Origin: an uncultured SAR116 cluster alpha proteobacterium
Lineage (GTDB): Bacteria; Pseudomonadota; Alphaproteobacteria; Puniceispirillales; GCA-002684695
Reading direction: 5' to 3'
NCBI GenBank assembly: GCA_902532475.1
Contig: CACAIE010000002.1
Coordinates: forward strand, 11,670 to 75,669
DNA: 64,000 bases
Shown here: piece after piece, positions 29,095-39,659 of the stretch
How the letters are laid out: each line of letters opens with the position of its first letter
How positions within the stretch are numbered: position 1 is the first letter of the stretch
Position numbers and translations under genes: made by a program
Notes under the pieces: model-generated
Database searches by the model: none
The model's input: only the letters and a program-made list of their open reading frames with translations
What the model was told of the DNA's origin: nothing

Positions 29095-30617
29095 ATCTTA
29101 AATAGCTTTTCTATTTTCCCATTAGTGACAAATTCTTCTAGTAAAAAAGTACAGTTATTTATGTCATCATTCATTGGACGATCATCATCAATTTTGTCAA
29201 TTGTTTTTCTAACTTGTTTCCATATATTTTTAGTTAATGATGAAACTTTATCTGTTGTTTTAACATTGTTATACCTCAAGTCTAAAGCTTGGCTTGCCAC
29301 TAAACACTCCATGCCTGCAATTAATTTCATTAATTTGGATTGCTGTAACAATTTTTTTGCACAGGCTGGTGTCATTGTAGACATATCTTCAACCGACTCA
29401 GATACTGGACTTGCATCAAAGGCTATGGGCAAAGAGTATTGTTTAATTTCTACCAGGACTGAAGCTGCAGTTTTTTGAGTAGAAACGAAACCCGCAGATT
29501 TTCCTCCTACTGGGGATAAATACTTGGGAAGATCTGAAACTCTTTCATCCATAAGCCTCTGCATACGTTGCACCGATCCATTTGCAGTCATCGTATTGGA
29601 AAGCAATAAACTTTCTATCGATATAGCCAGTCCAGGATTGTGAAAATTAGGAGTAGATAAAAATTTTCTGTCATCAATTATCACTGGACTATCTGTAATA
29701 CCATTTAACTCATTTTCCCAAATTGATATTGTATGTTTTAGATTTGATTTTGCCAGGCCGATCATGACAGCCACAGTCCTGAAAGAAAGAGGGTCTTGTA
29801 TTCTTCTGCCTTGTCTTTTTAATGGTTTTAAAATTTTATAATACCAGTCAGCACATTCTTTTTGACCTGGAGAATTCCTTAAATGATTGATATCTGGCAA
29901 AAATATTTGATGATTAGCACTAAATGCCTCAATAGACATGAGGGATGACAACTGATGCATCATCAAACATGTTTTTGTTTCATTTAAAGCTTGGGCAGAA
30001 AGAGCGATAGATAGGCATGAATGATTAACTAAAACCATAGCGTCCTTTCCATCAATTTTAGGGATGTTAAGCAGTTCTGATTTTAATTTTATTTTTGAAC
30101 TTTTAATTTTTCCTTTGTCCCAAATCTTTCCCCTTCCCAGAAGGGACAAGCCAAAAGATGCATTTTGAGTAAGGTCTCCAGCTCCAATTGATCCAAACTC
30201 TGGAATTGCTGGATCAAATCCTTTCGAAAAACAGTCAATCATAAATTTATATAATTGAGGGGAAACTCCTGTGCCACCTCTTGATGATTGGATGCACCTT
30301 GTTAGAAGTGTCATGAGGCCTAAATTTTCATTTAAATAATTTCCTGAGCCTACTGCTCGGCCCTCGATGATTTGAAGTTGAAAGTTGGAAATTTCTTCCT
30401 TACTTAAACTATAATTTAGATTACCACCAAGCCCTGTATTTAAACCGTAAACTGACTTTCCTTCTTCTAAAGCTCTTTTTACATAATCAAATTCAGTGTT
30501 AATTTTTTTTAAAGATTTCTTATCCAGAATGATTCTAAGTTTATTTCTCTTTAAATTATCTAAAATTAGAAAGAACGTATTTAAGTCAATAGTTTTTCCA
30601 TCAAGAAAAATCTTCAT
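29091..30617 (-). CDS. Aromatic amino acid lyase (HAL/PAL) family protein lacking the MIO-forming Ala-Ser-Gly triad
   Basis: Aligns with hutH throughout. The Tyr loop SVYGLNTGLG is retained, but the MIO region reads GSIGA-GDL (30171..30194) where hutH has GSVGASGDL. Confidence 0.85.
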   Translation of the reverse strand: MKIFLDGKTIDLNTFFLILDNLKRNKLRIILDKKSLKKINTEFDYVKRALEEGKSVYGLNTGLGGNLNYSLSKEEISNFQLQIIEGRAVGSGNYLNENLGLMTLLTRCIQSSRGGTGVSPQLYKFMIDCFSKGFDPAIPEFGSIGAGDLTQNASFGLSLLGRGKIWDKGKIKSSKIKLKSELLNIPKIDGKDAMVLVNHSCLSIALSAQALNETKTCLMMHQLSSLMSIEAFSANHQIFLPDINHLRNSPGQKECADWYYKILKPLKRQGRRIQDPLSFRTVAVMIGLAKSNLKHTISIWENELNGITDSPVIIDDRKFLSTPNFHNPGLAISIESLLLSNTMTANGSVQRMQRLMDERVSDLPKYLSPVGGKSAGFVSTQKTAASVLVEIKQYSLPIAFDASPVSESVEDMSTMTPACAKKLLQQSKLMKLIAGMECLVASQALDLRYNNVKTTDKVSSLTKNIWKQVRKTIDKIDDDRPMNDDINNCTFLLEEFVTNGKIEKLFKI

Positions 30618-31621
30618 TAAGCAAACCTAAGCCTTTCCCCCAAACCAATTTTCTTGGCCTTTAATAGTATTTTATGGCCTAATGCGATGTCTGAAAGAGA
30701 TAAACCTCTATGCCAAAACAATATTGTCTCTTCTTGATTTTCTCGGCCTTTTTTAATACCGCAAACTATTTGCCCAAGTTCAGCATGAAGTGTTTCATGG
30801 GTAATTTTTCCTTTATCAATATGCTCCCTTAATGACCCAAAGATACCCTTGGCTTGCCCCCAATCGTCCATGACAAATTTATCCATGATATCAGGGAGTG
30901 AAAACTCAACAGCTGACATAGTACCATACGGTACAACTAAAGCTCCTTTTTTTATCCATTTTGTTTTCAAGAGAGGCTCAGGCTTAGACAATCTAGAAGC
31001 TTCAACCACTATATCAGCTTCTTGAATGCAGCTTTTCCAATCTTCAGTCACTATGATTTTCCTGTTCAAATCATTTCTCAATTTCTCAGCGAAACTATTT
31101 CTACTTTCTTCTCTTTTTGAGTGGATCCTCACTTCTTCAAAATCAAATAAATGGCACAACAGACGAACATTCCAATACGCGGTTCCTCTCGATCCTATAT
31201 GCGCTAACACTCGTGGTTTATTTATTGATAAATATTTGGCACCTATAGCAGTGATTGCCCCAGTTCTCATGTCTGTAATTCCTGTGGCATCAACTATAGC
31301 TTTTGGAGACCCATTTCTTGGGTTAAATAAAGTCAGAACACCATATTCCGAAGGTCTGTTTTCTTGGTAATTATCAACAAAATCACCTACAACCTTAGTG
31401 CCAGCACTATCGATTTCTCCGCCTATCCATCCCCTTAGAACATTAAAGTGTCCATTTGCTCCTGCCCTAGGTCTTATATGGGTTCTTGGTTCAATTTCAG
31501 TTTCTCCCTTACCCTGCATTTTGAGGCTTTTCTCAATAGAAAATAAAATTTCATTATTGGTAAGGGCAACTTTTTCGACATCAAATTTATTAATAAAATC
31601 GATGTAAACTTCAGGCGTCAT
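30617..31621 (-). CDS. Ornithine cyclodeaminase / mu-crystallin family NAD(P) enzyme
   Basis: 334 aa with family pattern (MRTGAITAIGAKYL, HIGSRGTAYW). TAATG overlap with the downstream lyase. Confidence 0.82.
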   Translation of the reverse strand: MTPEVYIDFINKFDVEKVALTNNEILFSIEKSLKMQGKGETEIEPRTHIRPRAGANGHFNVLRGWIGGEIDSAGTKVVGDFVDNYQENRPSEYGVLTLFNPRNGSPKAIVDATGITDMRTGAITAIGAKYLSINKPRVLAHIGSRGTAYWNVRLLCHLFDFEEVRIHSKREESRNSFAEKLRNDLNRKIIVTEDWKSCIQEADIVVEASRLSKPEPLLKTKWIKKGALVVPYGTMSAVEFSLPDIMDKFVMDDWGQAKGIFGSLREHIDKGKITHETLHAELGQIVCGIKKGRENQEETILFWHRGLSLSDIALGHKILLKAKKIGLGERLRFA

Positions 31622-32274
31622 GAAGATTTTCCTTCTAGTCCTTCAGAGGCTTTGCCTGAGGCTCCCGGTATCCGCATCTCAAACACTTCGGTAATTGAGG
31701 TATAATCATAATATCCTAATCTTGCTAAAGGTCTTAATTTTTTGATATCCATTTTACCGTTCTCATTAATATAATTATCATTTACATGGATACGGGTTAC
31801 TTCTCCATAAACTACATCGACGTATCCATGATTTGAGTTGCCAGTTAAACGGTGAGTTGTCAGATATTTACATTCAAAATGTGCAGGGGACTCTGCTACT
31901 CTCGGAACCTTTGTATCCATACATTCTTCTTTTGAAATACCTGCATGTAAAAACTCATCTTCAAGAAAAGGAAGCTCCATAGCTGAAATATTAACTGCTT
32001 CACGCAAATCATAAGTTGCCATATTCCATACAAACCAACCAGTTTTTTCAGCATTTATGACCGTATGCTTTCTTTCCCCTGAGGAGAGATGGTTAGCAGC
32101 GAACATCACCATAGGTGGGTCAAATGTCAGGTTTTGCCATTGGCTGTAAGGAGCAAGATTTGGCACTCCATCTTCAGAAAGCGTTGAGAGCCACCCAATG
32201 GGCCTTGGAACAGTACACGATTTAAATGGTGAATAAGGGAGAGGGCATTTTTCTTTTGTTGGAGAATAATGCAT
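31618..32274 (-). CDS. Flavin reductase-like (FMN-binding split-barrel) protein
   Basis: VPRPIGWLSTLSEDGVPNLAPYS motif typical of the flavin reductase domain family. Confidence 0.75.
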   Translation of the reverse strand: MHYSPTKEKCPLPYSPFKSCTVPRPIGWLSTLSEDGVPNLAPYSQWQNLTFDPPMVMFAANHLSSGERKHTVINAEKTGWFVWNMATYDLREAVNISAMELPFLEDEFLHAGISKEECMDTKVPRVAESPAHFECKYLTTHRLTGNSNHGYVDVVYGEVTRIHVNDNYINENGKMDIKKLRPLARLGYYDYTSITEVFEMRIPGASGKASEGLEGKSS

Positions 32275-32286
32275 AGTAAAAACCCT

Positions 32287-33954
32287 TTACTTGATACTAG
32301 GTAAATTTAGATTATGATTTTTTGCACTTTCAATTGCTATTTCATAGCCTGCATCCGCATGCCTCATAACACCTGTAGCTGGATCATTCCATAAAACTCT
32401 TTTGATTCTCTCTGACGCTTTATCAGAACCGTCACAACAAATGACCATGCCTGCATGTTGACTATAACCCATTCCTACCCCGCCGCCATGATGAAGTGAA
32501 ACCCAGGTTGCTCCACTTGCTGTATTAAGCATTGCATTGAGAAGAGGCCAGTCACTGACAGCATCAGATCCATCCCTCATCGCTTCAGTTTCTCTATTAG
32601 GACTGGCTACTGAGCCACTGTCCAAATGATCTCTTCCGATAACAACAGGTGCTGAGAGTTCACCCTTCGCAACCATTTCATTAAAAGCCAAACCCAATTT
32701 ATCTCTTTGGCCTAATCCAACCCAGCAAATTCTTGCAGGTAGGCCTTGAAATTTTATCCTTTCTCGTGCCATGTCCAACCATTTATGAAGGTGCTTATCA
32801 TCTGGAATTAGTTCTTTTACTTTAGCGTCTGTCTTATAAATATCTTCTGGGTCTCCAGATAAGGCACACCATCTGAATGGCCCTATTCCCCTGCAAAAAA
32901 GTGGTCTAATGTAAGCAGGCACAAATCCAGGGAATGAAAAGGCAGTCTCTAAACCTTCATCAAGGGCAACCTGCCTAATATTGTTTCCATAGTCTAGAGT
33001 TGGTACTCCCATATTCCAAAAATCAACCATCGCAGACACATGCTTTTTCATAGATTTTCGGGCTTCAGCTTCCACAATCTTAGGATTACTTTCTCTTTTC
33101 TCCTTCCATTCGCTTATTGACCAGCCTTCAGGCAAGTAGCCATTAGTTGGATCATGTGCACTGGTTTGGTCGGTAACAATATCTGGTCGCACTCCCATTT
33201 CAACGATCTTTGGAAAGATCGTTGCAGCGTTGCCAATTAAACCGACTGATTTAGACAATCCAGAAGAAGTCCATTGATCGATCATAGACAAGGCCTCTTC
33301 TAAAGTATTCGCTTTTTCATCTAAATAACCAGTTCTAAGTCGAAAATCGATACTATCAGAATTACATTCAACGGCTAAGCAACAGGCTCCGGCCATCACG
33401 GCAGCAAGCGGCTGCGCACCACCCATACCTCCTAACCCTGCAGTTAATATCCATTTTCCCTTTAAATCTCCTTTATAGTGTTGTCTTCCAGCTTCAACAA
33501 ATGTTTCGTACGTTCCCTGAACAATCCCTTGAGTACCTATATAAATCCATGACCCAGCTGTCATTTGCCCATACATTGCCAACCCTTTTTTATCTAATTC
33601 GTTAAAATGATCCCAATTTGCCCAATTAGGAACCAAGTTAGAATTTGCTATTAAAACTCGCGGTGCATCTTCATGTGTTTTGAAAACTCCTACAGGCTTA
33701 CCAGATTGAACAAGAAGAGTTTCATCCTCATTTAATTTCTTTAAACTAGAGAGAATTTTATCAAAATCGCTCCAACTCCTGGCTGCTCTTCCTATCCCTC
33801 CGTAGACAACCAGCTCATTCGGGTTCTCAGCTACATCAGGATGCAAGTTGTTCATTAACATACGCATCGGCGCTTCTGTTAACCAGGATTTAGCTGTAAT
33901 TTCATTACCAGTAGGAGGTATTACAACCCTTGAATTTTTAATTAATTCTGACAT
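32287..33954 (-). CDS. hutU: Urocanate hydratase
   Basis: 555 aa. [17 protein letters not shown]-binding motif and urocanase-specific conservation throughout. Confidence 0.95.
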   Translation of the reverse strand: MSELIKNSRVVIPPTGNEITAKSWLTEAPMRMLMNNLHPDVAENPNELVVYGGIGRAARSWSDFDKILSSLKKLNEDETLLVQSGKPVGVFKTHEDAPRVLIANSNLVPNWANWDHFNELDKKGLAMYGQMTAGSWIYIGTQGIVQGTYETFVEAGRQHYKGDLKGKWILTAGLGGMGGAQPLAAVMAGACCLAVECNSDSIDFRLRTGYLDEKANTLEEALSMIDQWTSSGLSKSVGLIGNAATIFPKIVEMGVRPDIVTDQTSAHDPTNGYLPEGWSISEWKEKRESNPKIVEAEARKSMKKHVSAMVDFWNMGVPTLDYGNNIRQVALDEGLETAFSFPGFVPAYIRPLFCRGIGPFRWCALSGDPEDIYKTDAKVKELIPDDKHLHKWLDMARERIKFQGLPARICWVGLGQRDKLGLAFNEMVAKGELSAPVVIGRDHLDSGSVASPNRETEAMRDGSDAVSDWPLLNAMLNTASGATWVSLHHGGGVGMGYSQHAGMVICCDGSDKASERIKRVLWNDPATGVMRHADAGYEIAIESAKNHNLNLPSIK

Positions 33955-33973
33955 CTATTCTTTCCTTTTTTAA

Positions 33974-35515
33974 TCATGAATTCAAGAACGTTGAAAACGG
34001 AATATTTAATTCTGCTTCACTTATTATAAACTTGTCCTCAAGCAAATTTGTCACTTTATTTATATCAGTTGCCATATACCTATCCTCTTTCAAACGAGGG
34101 ATATGTTTTCTAAGACAAACTATCACTTTATCCAATGCAGGTGATGTTTTTAATGGTTCTCGTGCATCAATTCCCTGTGAAGCACAAAGGAGTTCAATCC
34201 CAAAAATAGAGGATAGATTTTTATTCATTTTAAATAATCTGTATGCGCCATGAGCAGCCATTGAAACATGATCCTCTTGATTTGCTGAAGTCGGAGTTGA
34301 GTCAGTTACACAAGGATTTGCTAAATGCTTATTTTCACTCATTAGCGCTGCCGATGTAACTTCCGCAATCATAAATCCTGAATTTAATCCTGGATTATCT
34401 GTTAGGAAGGCTGGAAGGTCGTGACTGAGTGTAGGATCAACCATAAGAGCAATTCTTCTTTGAGAAATTGATCCCATTTCAGCTAAGGCTAAAGCTATTT
34501 GATCTGCGGCAAATCCAATAGGCTCCGCGTGAAAATTACCACCAGAAACTATTCTTTCTTCATCTACTAAGACTAGAGGGTTATCAGTTACTGCATTTGC
34601 TTCAATCTCAATAGTAATTGCAGCATTTTTTAAAATATCTAAACAAGCACCTAAAACTTGTGGCTGACATCTTATACAATATGGATCTTGAACTCTTTGA
34701 TCATCTTCCCTGTGGCTTTCTCGAATAATGCTCCCTAACATTAAATCCCTCATTTTTTTAGCAACAAAAATTTGACCTTTATGACCTCTTAATGTGTGAA
34801 TTTGCCCCATAAGAGGGCTAGTGGAACCCATTATGGCATCAGTAGATAAAGATGAAATAACGATTGAGTTTAAAATTGACCGCCATCCATTAAATAAATT
34901 AGCAAGGGCACAAGCAGTAGAAAATTGCGTTCCATTCAGTAACGCTAAACCTTCCTTGGGACCAAGGATGATAGGATCAATTTTTGCCTTTTTAAGCGCT
35001 TCACTTCCAGTAACTTTTTTCCCATCATAAAAAGCCCACCCTTCTCCTATCATTACAGCAGCCATATGCGCTAAAGGAGCTAAGTCCCCTGAAGCACCAA
35101 CAGATCCTTGATGAGGAATTTCAGGCACTATCCCTGAGTTAATTATTTTTTCAATTTGAATAATAGTCGACCATTTTACTCCAGAAGCACCAAGAGACAG
35201 CGATATCATTTTTAAAATCATCATAAGTCTTGTTACGTCTTCTTCAAGAGGTTCACCTACTCCTGAGCAATGACTTAAGACCAAATTTTTTTGAAGTTTT
35301 TTGCGATCTTCTTGAGGGATAACTTTGTTAGCAAGCTTCCCGAAACCTGTGTTTACACCGTAAACAGGTAAATTTCCTTTAGCCGATGCTTCAACAATTT
35401 TTGCTGCTTTTTCAACCCTATCTTTTAGCGAGATATCTAAAGTTACATTGAGTTTATTCCTAAAGATTTTCTCTAGAAAATCTAATTTGATTGATCCAGG
35501 TTTGAGAGTTTCCAT
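33974..35515 (-). CDS. hutH: Histidine ammonia-lyase
   Basis: [14 protein letters not shown] with intact ASG (codons 35087..35095) and Tyr loop [10 protein letters not shown]. Confidence 0.95.
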   Translation of the reverse strand: METLKPGSIKLDFLEKIFRNKLNVTLDISLKDRVEKAAKIVEASAKGNLPVYGVNTGFGKLANKVIPQEDRKKLQKNLVLSHCSGVGEPLEEDVTRLMMILKMISLSLGASGVKWSTIIQIEKIINSGIVPEIPHQGSVGASGDLAPLAHMAAVMIGEGWAFYDGKKVTGSEALKKAKIDPIILGPKEGLALLNGTQFSTACALANLFNGWRSILNSIVISSLSTDAIMGSTSPLMGQIHTLRGHKGQIFVAKKMRDLMLGSIIRESHREDDQRVQDPYCIRCQPQVLGACLDILKNAAITIEIEANAVTDNPLVLVDEERIVSGGNFHAEPIGFAADQIALALAEMGSISQRRIALMVDPTLSHDLPAFLTDNPGLNSGFMIAEVTSAALMSENKHLANPCVTDSTPTSANQEDHVSMAAHGAYRLFKMNKNLSSIFGIELLCASQGIDAREPLKTSPALDKVIVCLRKHIPRLKEDRYMATDINKVTNLLEDKFIISEAELNIPFSTFLNS

Positions 35516-36735
35516 TATATTGACCCCCCAAATATTCTCTTGTAAAGAGCGTTAAATCCTATCCTGTATGAAAATTCTGAAGGATGCTCTAAATTCCATA
35601 TAGCAAGATCAGCTATCATACCTGGTTTAATCTGTCCAAGGTCTTTTAAAGATAGGGCATCCGCAGCATGTTTTGTTACGCCAGACAATGCCTCAAGAGG
35701 TGTTATCTTGAAGAGGGTTGAAGCCATATTCATTGCAAGTAAAATTGAAGTCAAAGGCGATGAACCAGGATTGCAATCAGTAGCTATTGCCATAGGCACT
35801 TTATACTTTCTAAACAATTCTATAGGAGGTTTTTGCGTTTCATTTAAAGTATAATAAGCCCCTGGTAGTATTACAGCCACACTTCCCGATTTTGACATTA
35901 ACTTGGCATCTTCTTCATTGGCATACTCCAAATGATCAATAGAAATTGCATCATAGGAAGTTGCTAACTTAACCCCACCAGAGTGGCTTAATTGCTCAGC
36001 ATGCAATTTAATTGGTAAATTTAGTTTTTGAGCAAGATCAAAAACTTCTTTTAATTGCTCCACATTTAAAGCAACAGTTTCACAAAATCCATCAACAGCA
36101 TCAACTAACCCTTCTTCATTCGCTTTTTTTAATGCCGGCAAACAAACCTCTTTGATATAATTTTCAGGATTATTTTTATATTCAGGTGCAATTCCATGCG
36201 AACCTAAAAAACTAGTTTTGATACGAATAGGTCGCAACGACTCTAATCTTTTAGCCACTCTCAACATCAGACATTCAGTTTCAATGTCCAGCCCATATCC
36301 AGATTTTATTTCTATTGTTGTGACACCGTTTCCAATCATATCATCAAGTCTCACAAGAGATGAACTTAATAAATCATCGAAACTTGCCTCTCTTGTAGCT
36401 TTCATAGTTGAAGCAATGCCACCACCTGCTTTTGCTATTTCTTGGTATGACTTACCATTTAGCCTCATATTAAATTCAGTAGATCTATTTCCGCCAAATA
36501 CTAGGTGCGTATGACAATCGATTAGACCTGGGGTTATTAATTTTCCTTTAGCGTTGTATTCATTATATTTCTTATATTTATTAGGAATATCTTTTTCTTC
36601 TCCGGACCAAACAATCTGTTCCCCATCAATAGCAATTGCTCCATTGTTTGTGATTTCAAAATCATCTTGATCATCGGACATAGGGGCCAATTTTGCATTT
36701 CTGATTAAATTTTGATTATATTGATCTTGTGCCAT
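35515..36735 (-). CDS. hutI: Imidazolonepropionase
   Basis: Amidohydrolase motifs [17 protein letters not shown] and [10 protein letters not shown]. 1-nt overlap with hutH. Confidence 0.93.
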   Translation of the reverse strand: MAQDQYNQNLIRNAKLAPMSDDQDDFEITNNGAIAIDGEQIVWSGEEKDIPNKYKKYNEYNAKGKLITPGLIDCHTHLVFGGNRSTEFNMRLNGKSYQEIAKAGGGIASTMKATREASFDDLLSSSLVRLDDMIGNGVTTIEIKSGYGLDIETECLMLRVAKRLESLRPIRIKTSFLGSHGIAPEYKNNPENYIKEVCLPALKKANEEGLVDAVDGFCETVALNVEQLKEVFDLAQKLNLPIKLHAEQLSHSGGVKLATSYDAISIDHLEYANEEDAKLMSKSGSVAVILPGAYYTLNETQKPPIELFRKYKVPMAIATDCNPGSSPLTSILLAMNMASTLFKITPLEALSGVTKHAADALSLKDLGQIKPGMIADLAIWNLEHPSEFSYRIGFNALYKRIFGGSI

Positions 36736-36813
36736 TGTATGAATTATAATTTATTATAAAGAACCACTTATGATAAGACTTTAAGACATTAAATCTGTCA
36801 ACAAAAGACCATT

Positions 36814-38196
36814 ATGAATATTACGAATAAGAAAATATTTTCTAATAAAGCTCTTCTTCCAGATGGATGGGCAAATAATATATTACTTGAAATTGATAGA
36901 GCAGGTTTAATCTCTTCAGTAACAAAAAATTGCGACAAGAGTAAAATAAGTTTTGATTTAAACGAAGATATAATTATTCCCGCCATGAATAACTTACATA
37001 GCCATAGTTTCCAAAGAGCTATGGCTGGACTTTCAGAAAAACAAAGCCCAGGAGGCAATGATAGCTTTTGGACTTGGAGAGATTTAATGTACAAGTTTCT
37101 TGATCTCCTTACCCCTGAAGATATTTATTCAATCACTGCATTTAGCCAAATGGAAATGTTGGAAGCTGGATATTCTTGCGTAGGTGAATTTCATTATATT
37201 CACAATGAAATTGGTGGAAATCATTACAATAATATTGCTGAATTGTCAGAGAAGGTTTTAGAAGCATCATCAGACAGTGGAATAAATATTTGTTTGTTAC
37301 CAGTCCTTTATGAAAGAGGCGGTTGTGATGGCAGAGAACTAATCGGGGGGCAACTGAGATTTAAAAATACATTTGACAGTTATGCTAAGTTAATTGAGAA
37401 AAATACGGAACTGACTTCAAAGAGTGATAATTTTTCACTTGGTGTAGCGGCGCACTCTCTTAGAGCTGTAAATGATTATAACATTGAAAAAATGATTAGT
37501 TTGGTTGATGGGCCTATACATATACATGTCGCAGAGCAAGTTAAAGAAGTTGAAGAAATTGAAGAGGCATACAAACTAAAACCTGTAGAGTGGTTATTAG
37601 AAAATCAAGATATCAATAAGAATTGGTGTCTTATCCATTGCACCCAAATGACTGAAAATGAAACATTGGCTTTAGCTGCTTCTGGAGCTGTTGCAGGCCT
37701 CTGCCCAGTCACTGAAGCCAACCTTGGAGATGGTATATTTAATGGGTTGGAGTTTTTTAAAAATAAAGGAATTTTTGGTATTGGGACGGATTCTAATATT
37801 AATATTAGCTTGGTTGAAGAATTAAAAACATTTGAATACACGCAAAGGCTTAAACATAAAAAAAGGTCAGTAATATCTCAATCTCACAAATCAACAGGCA
37901 GAGCAGTTTTTGATAATTGCCTGAAAGGTGGATCCCAAGCTCTTCAAAGAAAAAATGGTAAAATAGAGGAAGGCTATTATGCTGATTTAATTTCACTAAA
38001 TCCTAGAAACATAGATCTCATCGGGCTCTCACAAGACACCATTCTTGATAGTTGGATATTTGCTTCAAATTATAACTTAATTGATAATCTATGGGCGACA
38101 GGAAATCTTTTAGTTAAAAATGGAAAACATATAAAACGAGATTTTATTTTCTCTAACTACAAACAAACCATTTCTAAATTAAGAAGCAAGTTATAG
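36814..38196 (+). CDS. hutF: Formimidoylglutamate deiminase
   Basis: NLHSHSFQRAMAGLSE motif, 460-aa amidohydrolase. Divergent from hutI across a 78-bp spacer. Confidence 0.85.
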   Translation: MNITNKKIFSNKALLPDGWANNILLEIDRAGLISSVTKNCDKSKISFDLNEDIIIPAMNNLHSHSFQRAMAGLSEKQSPGGNDSFWTWRDLMYKFLDLLTPEDIYSITAFSQMEMLEAGYSCVGEFHYIHNEIGGNHYNNIAELSEKVLEASSDSGINICLLPVLYERGGCDGRELIGGQLRFKNTFDSYAKLIEKNTELTSKSDNFSLGVAAHSLRAVNDYNIEKMISLVDGPIHIHVAEQVKEVEEIEEAYKLKPVEWLLENQDINKNWCLIHCTQMTENETLALAASGAVAGLCPVTEANLGDGIFNGLEFFKNKGIFGIGTDSNINISLVEELKTFEYTQRLKHKKRSVISQSHKSTGRAVFDNCLKGGSQALQRKNGKIEEGYYADLISLNPRNIDLIGLSQDTILDSWIFASNYNLIDNLWATGNLLVKNGKHIKRDFIFSNYKQTISKLRSKL

Positions 38197-39639
38197 TAAT
38201 TCAATTACTAACTCTCTTTCAAGACTAGCAGCCAGTAAATTTAATTTTTCATAAACATGATCCACTAATAGGGTCTTAGTATTCCCTAAGAAGCTAATTT
38301 TAAGAAAATTATCATCGAGCTCTAATTTCAAGTTTTTTATCAAATCAGGTAAACCTGCACATGCAGTCATGGCAAATCTCAAGGAAAGGCCAATCACTAA
38401 AGATGTATAATTGTCCTCTTTAGATAAGATTGTCGAAACCTTAAAAGGAAATTTCACTAAGTCAATTGGCCTATTATATCTATGAAAAAGGGTTTTTGCC
38501 AACCATGCTCGCTCACGATGTGTCAGTGAATTAGTTGGTAATAATAAAATTTTTTCTGCAGCGATTATACCTCTAGAACTAGTGTGCTCATTCCAAGCAA
38601 TATCAGCCATCAAACAAGATGCCTTTAACAACCGATACAATTCCTCTTTGTCGCCAATTGTAATAATCGGCTTTAGAAGGCTTTCTAGTGAAGTTGCAAG
38701 ACCAAAAAATCTTTCACTTTGTTTTGCTATTTCTTCACATGTCGCAATCAATGGATCATGTTTTACGTTTCTTATCGATAGATTCTGTAAGACAACACCT
38801 TCTCGAACACTCGTCCCACATACAACTATATTTTTTGATTTTGTATCCTTTAAAACAGTCTTCATAATTTTTGCAGCATTGCTCATTGTTGCTTTTCTAG
38901 ATTGAGGCAATCCCTTTAAGTCACCGTCTTTTTTAATAATTTTGTTTAAGATTCGATTTGCTTTTTTAGTTGGAATGGTTAGCCCATGTAGAATATCTAG
39001 AGGATATTTATTTTTCTGTTTATAGACCAAACCTAATGCTCTAAAACTACCCCCCACTCCATAGAAAAACTGACTCTCACAATCATTCTTCCATTTTAAA
39101 CCTCTTATAGTTTTTGAAAATTTCTTTTCATTAATATCTCTAAGATGTCCGTAATTAAGACTGGTACTTTCAATATTTTTTCCATTTTCAACTCTAACCA
39201 GCTCAAGACTTCCTCCTCCAAGATCTGCGATTATTCCATTAGCTTTTGGAATGTTTGCTGTAAGACCTCTAGCGACTAAGTTAGCCTCTTCTGTGCCGCT
39301 TAATATTCTAATTTTATTTCTTAAAAACTTTTCTGCTGGTTCAATAAAATCTTTTGCATTTTCTGCCAATCTTAGGGCTGCCGTTCCAATAACTAAAACA
39401 GTTTCCAATTCCGCTTTATCAATAATTTTAGAAAACCTCTTTACAGTCTCAAGAGATTGCTGAATTCTTTCTTTATTAAGTTTCTTTGTCTTTTGAACAC
39501 CTTCACCAAGCCTACAAGTAATTCTTTCATTAAATAAGGGGTAAGGATATCTTCCGTACCGATCAAAAATCACAAACCTTAATGAGTTTGAACCTATATC
39601 AATAACTGCAACTTTGCTTTGTTCAATTGAGTAATCCAA
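38191..39639 (-). CDS. ppx: Exopolyphosphatase / pppGpp phosphohydrolase (Ppx/GppA family)
   Basis: AVIDIGSNSLRFVIF and ADLGGGSLE ASKHA-fold phosphate motifs. 6-nt convergent overlap with hutF. Confidence 0.88.
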   Translation of the reverse strand: MDYSIEQSKVAVIDIGSNSLRFVIFDRYGRYPYPLFNERITCRLGEGVQKTKKLNKERIQQSLETVKRFSKIIDKAELETVLVIGTAALRLAENAKDFIEPAEKFLRNKIRILSGTEEANLVARGLTANIPKANGIIADLGGGSLELVRVENGKNIESTSLNYGHLRDINEKKFSKTIRGLKWKNDCESQFFYGVGGSFRALGLVYKQKNKYPLDILHGLTIPTKKANRILNKIIKKDGDLKGLPQSRKATMSNAAKIMKTVLKDTKSKNIVVCGTSVREGVVLQNLSIRNVKHDPLIATCEEIAKQSERFFGLATSLESLLKPIITIGDKEELYRLLKASCLMADIAWNEHTSSRGIIAAEKILLLPTNSLTHRERAWLAKTLFHRYNRPIDLVKFPFKVSTILSKEDNYTSLVIGLSLRFAMTACAGLPDLIKNLKLELDDNFLKISFLGNTKTLLVDHVYEKLNLLAASLERELVIELL

Positions 39640-39659
39640 AGATCATCTTTCATTAGGAG

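Noticed and set aside
36736-36813. A HutC-type operator in the hutI/hutF divergent spacer.
   Set aside because: I could identify only generic AT-rich sequence and no clear palindrome. No hutC (GntR-family) gene is present in the window, so I make no call.
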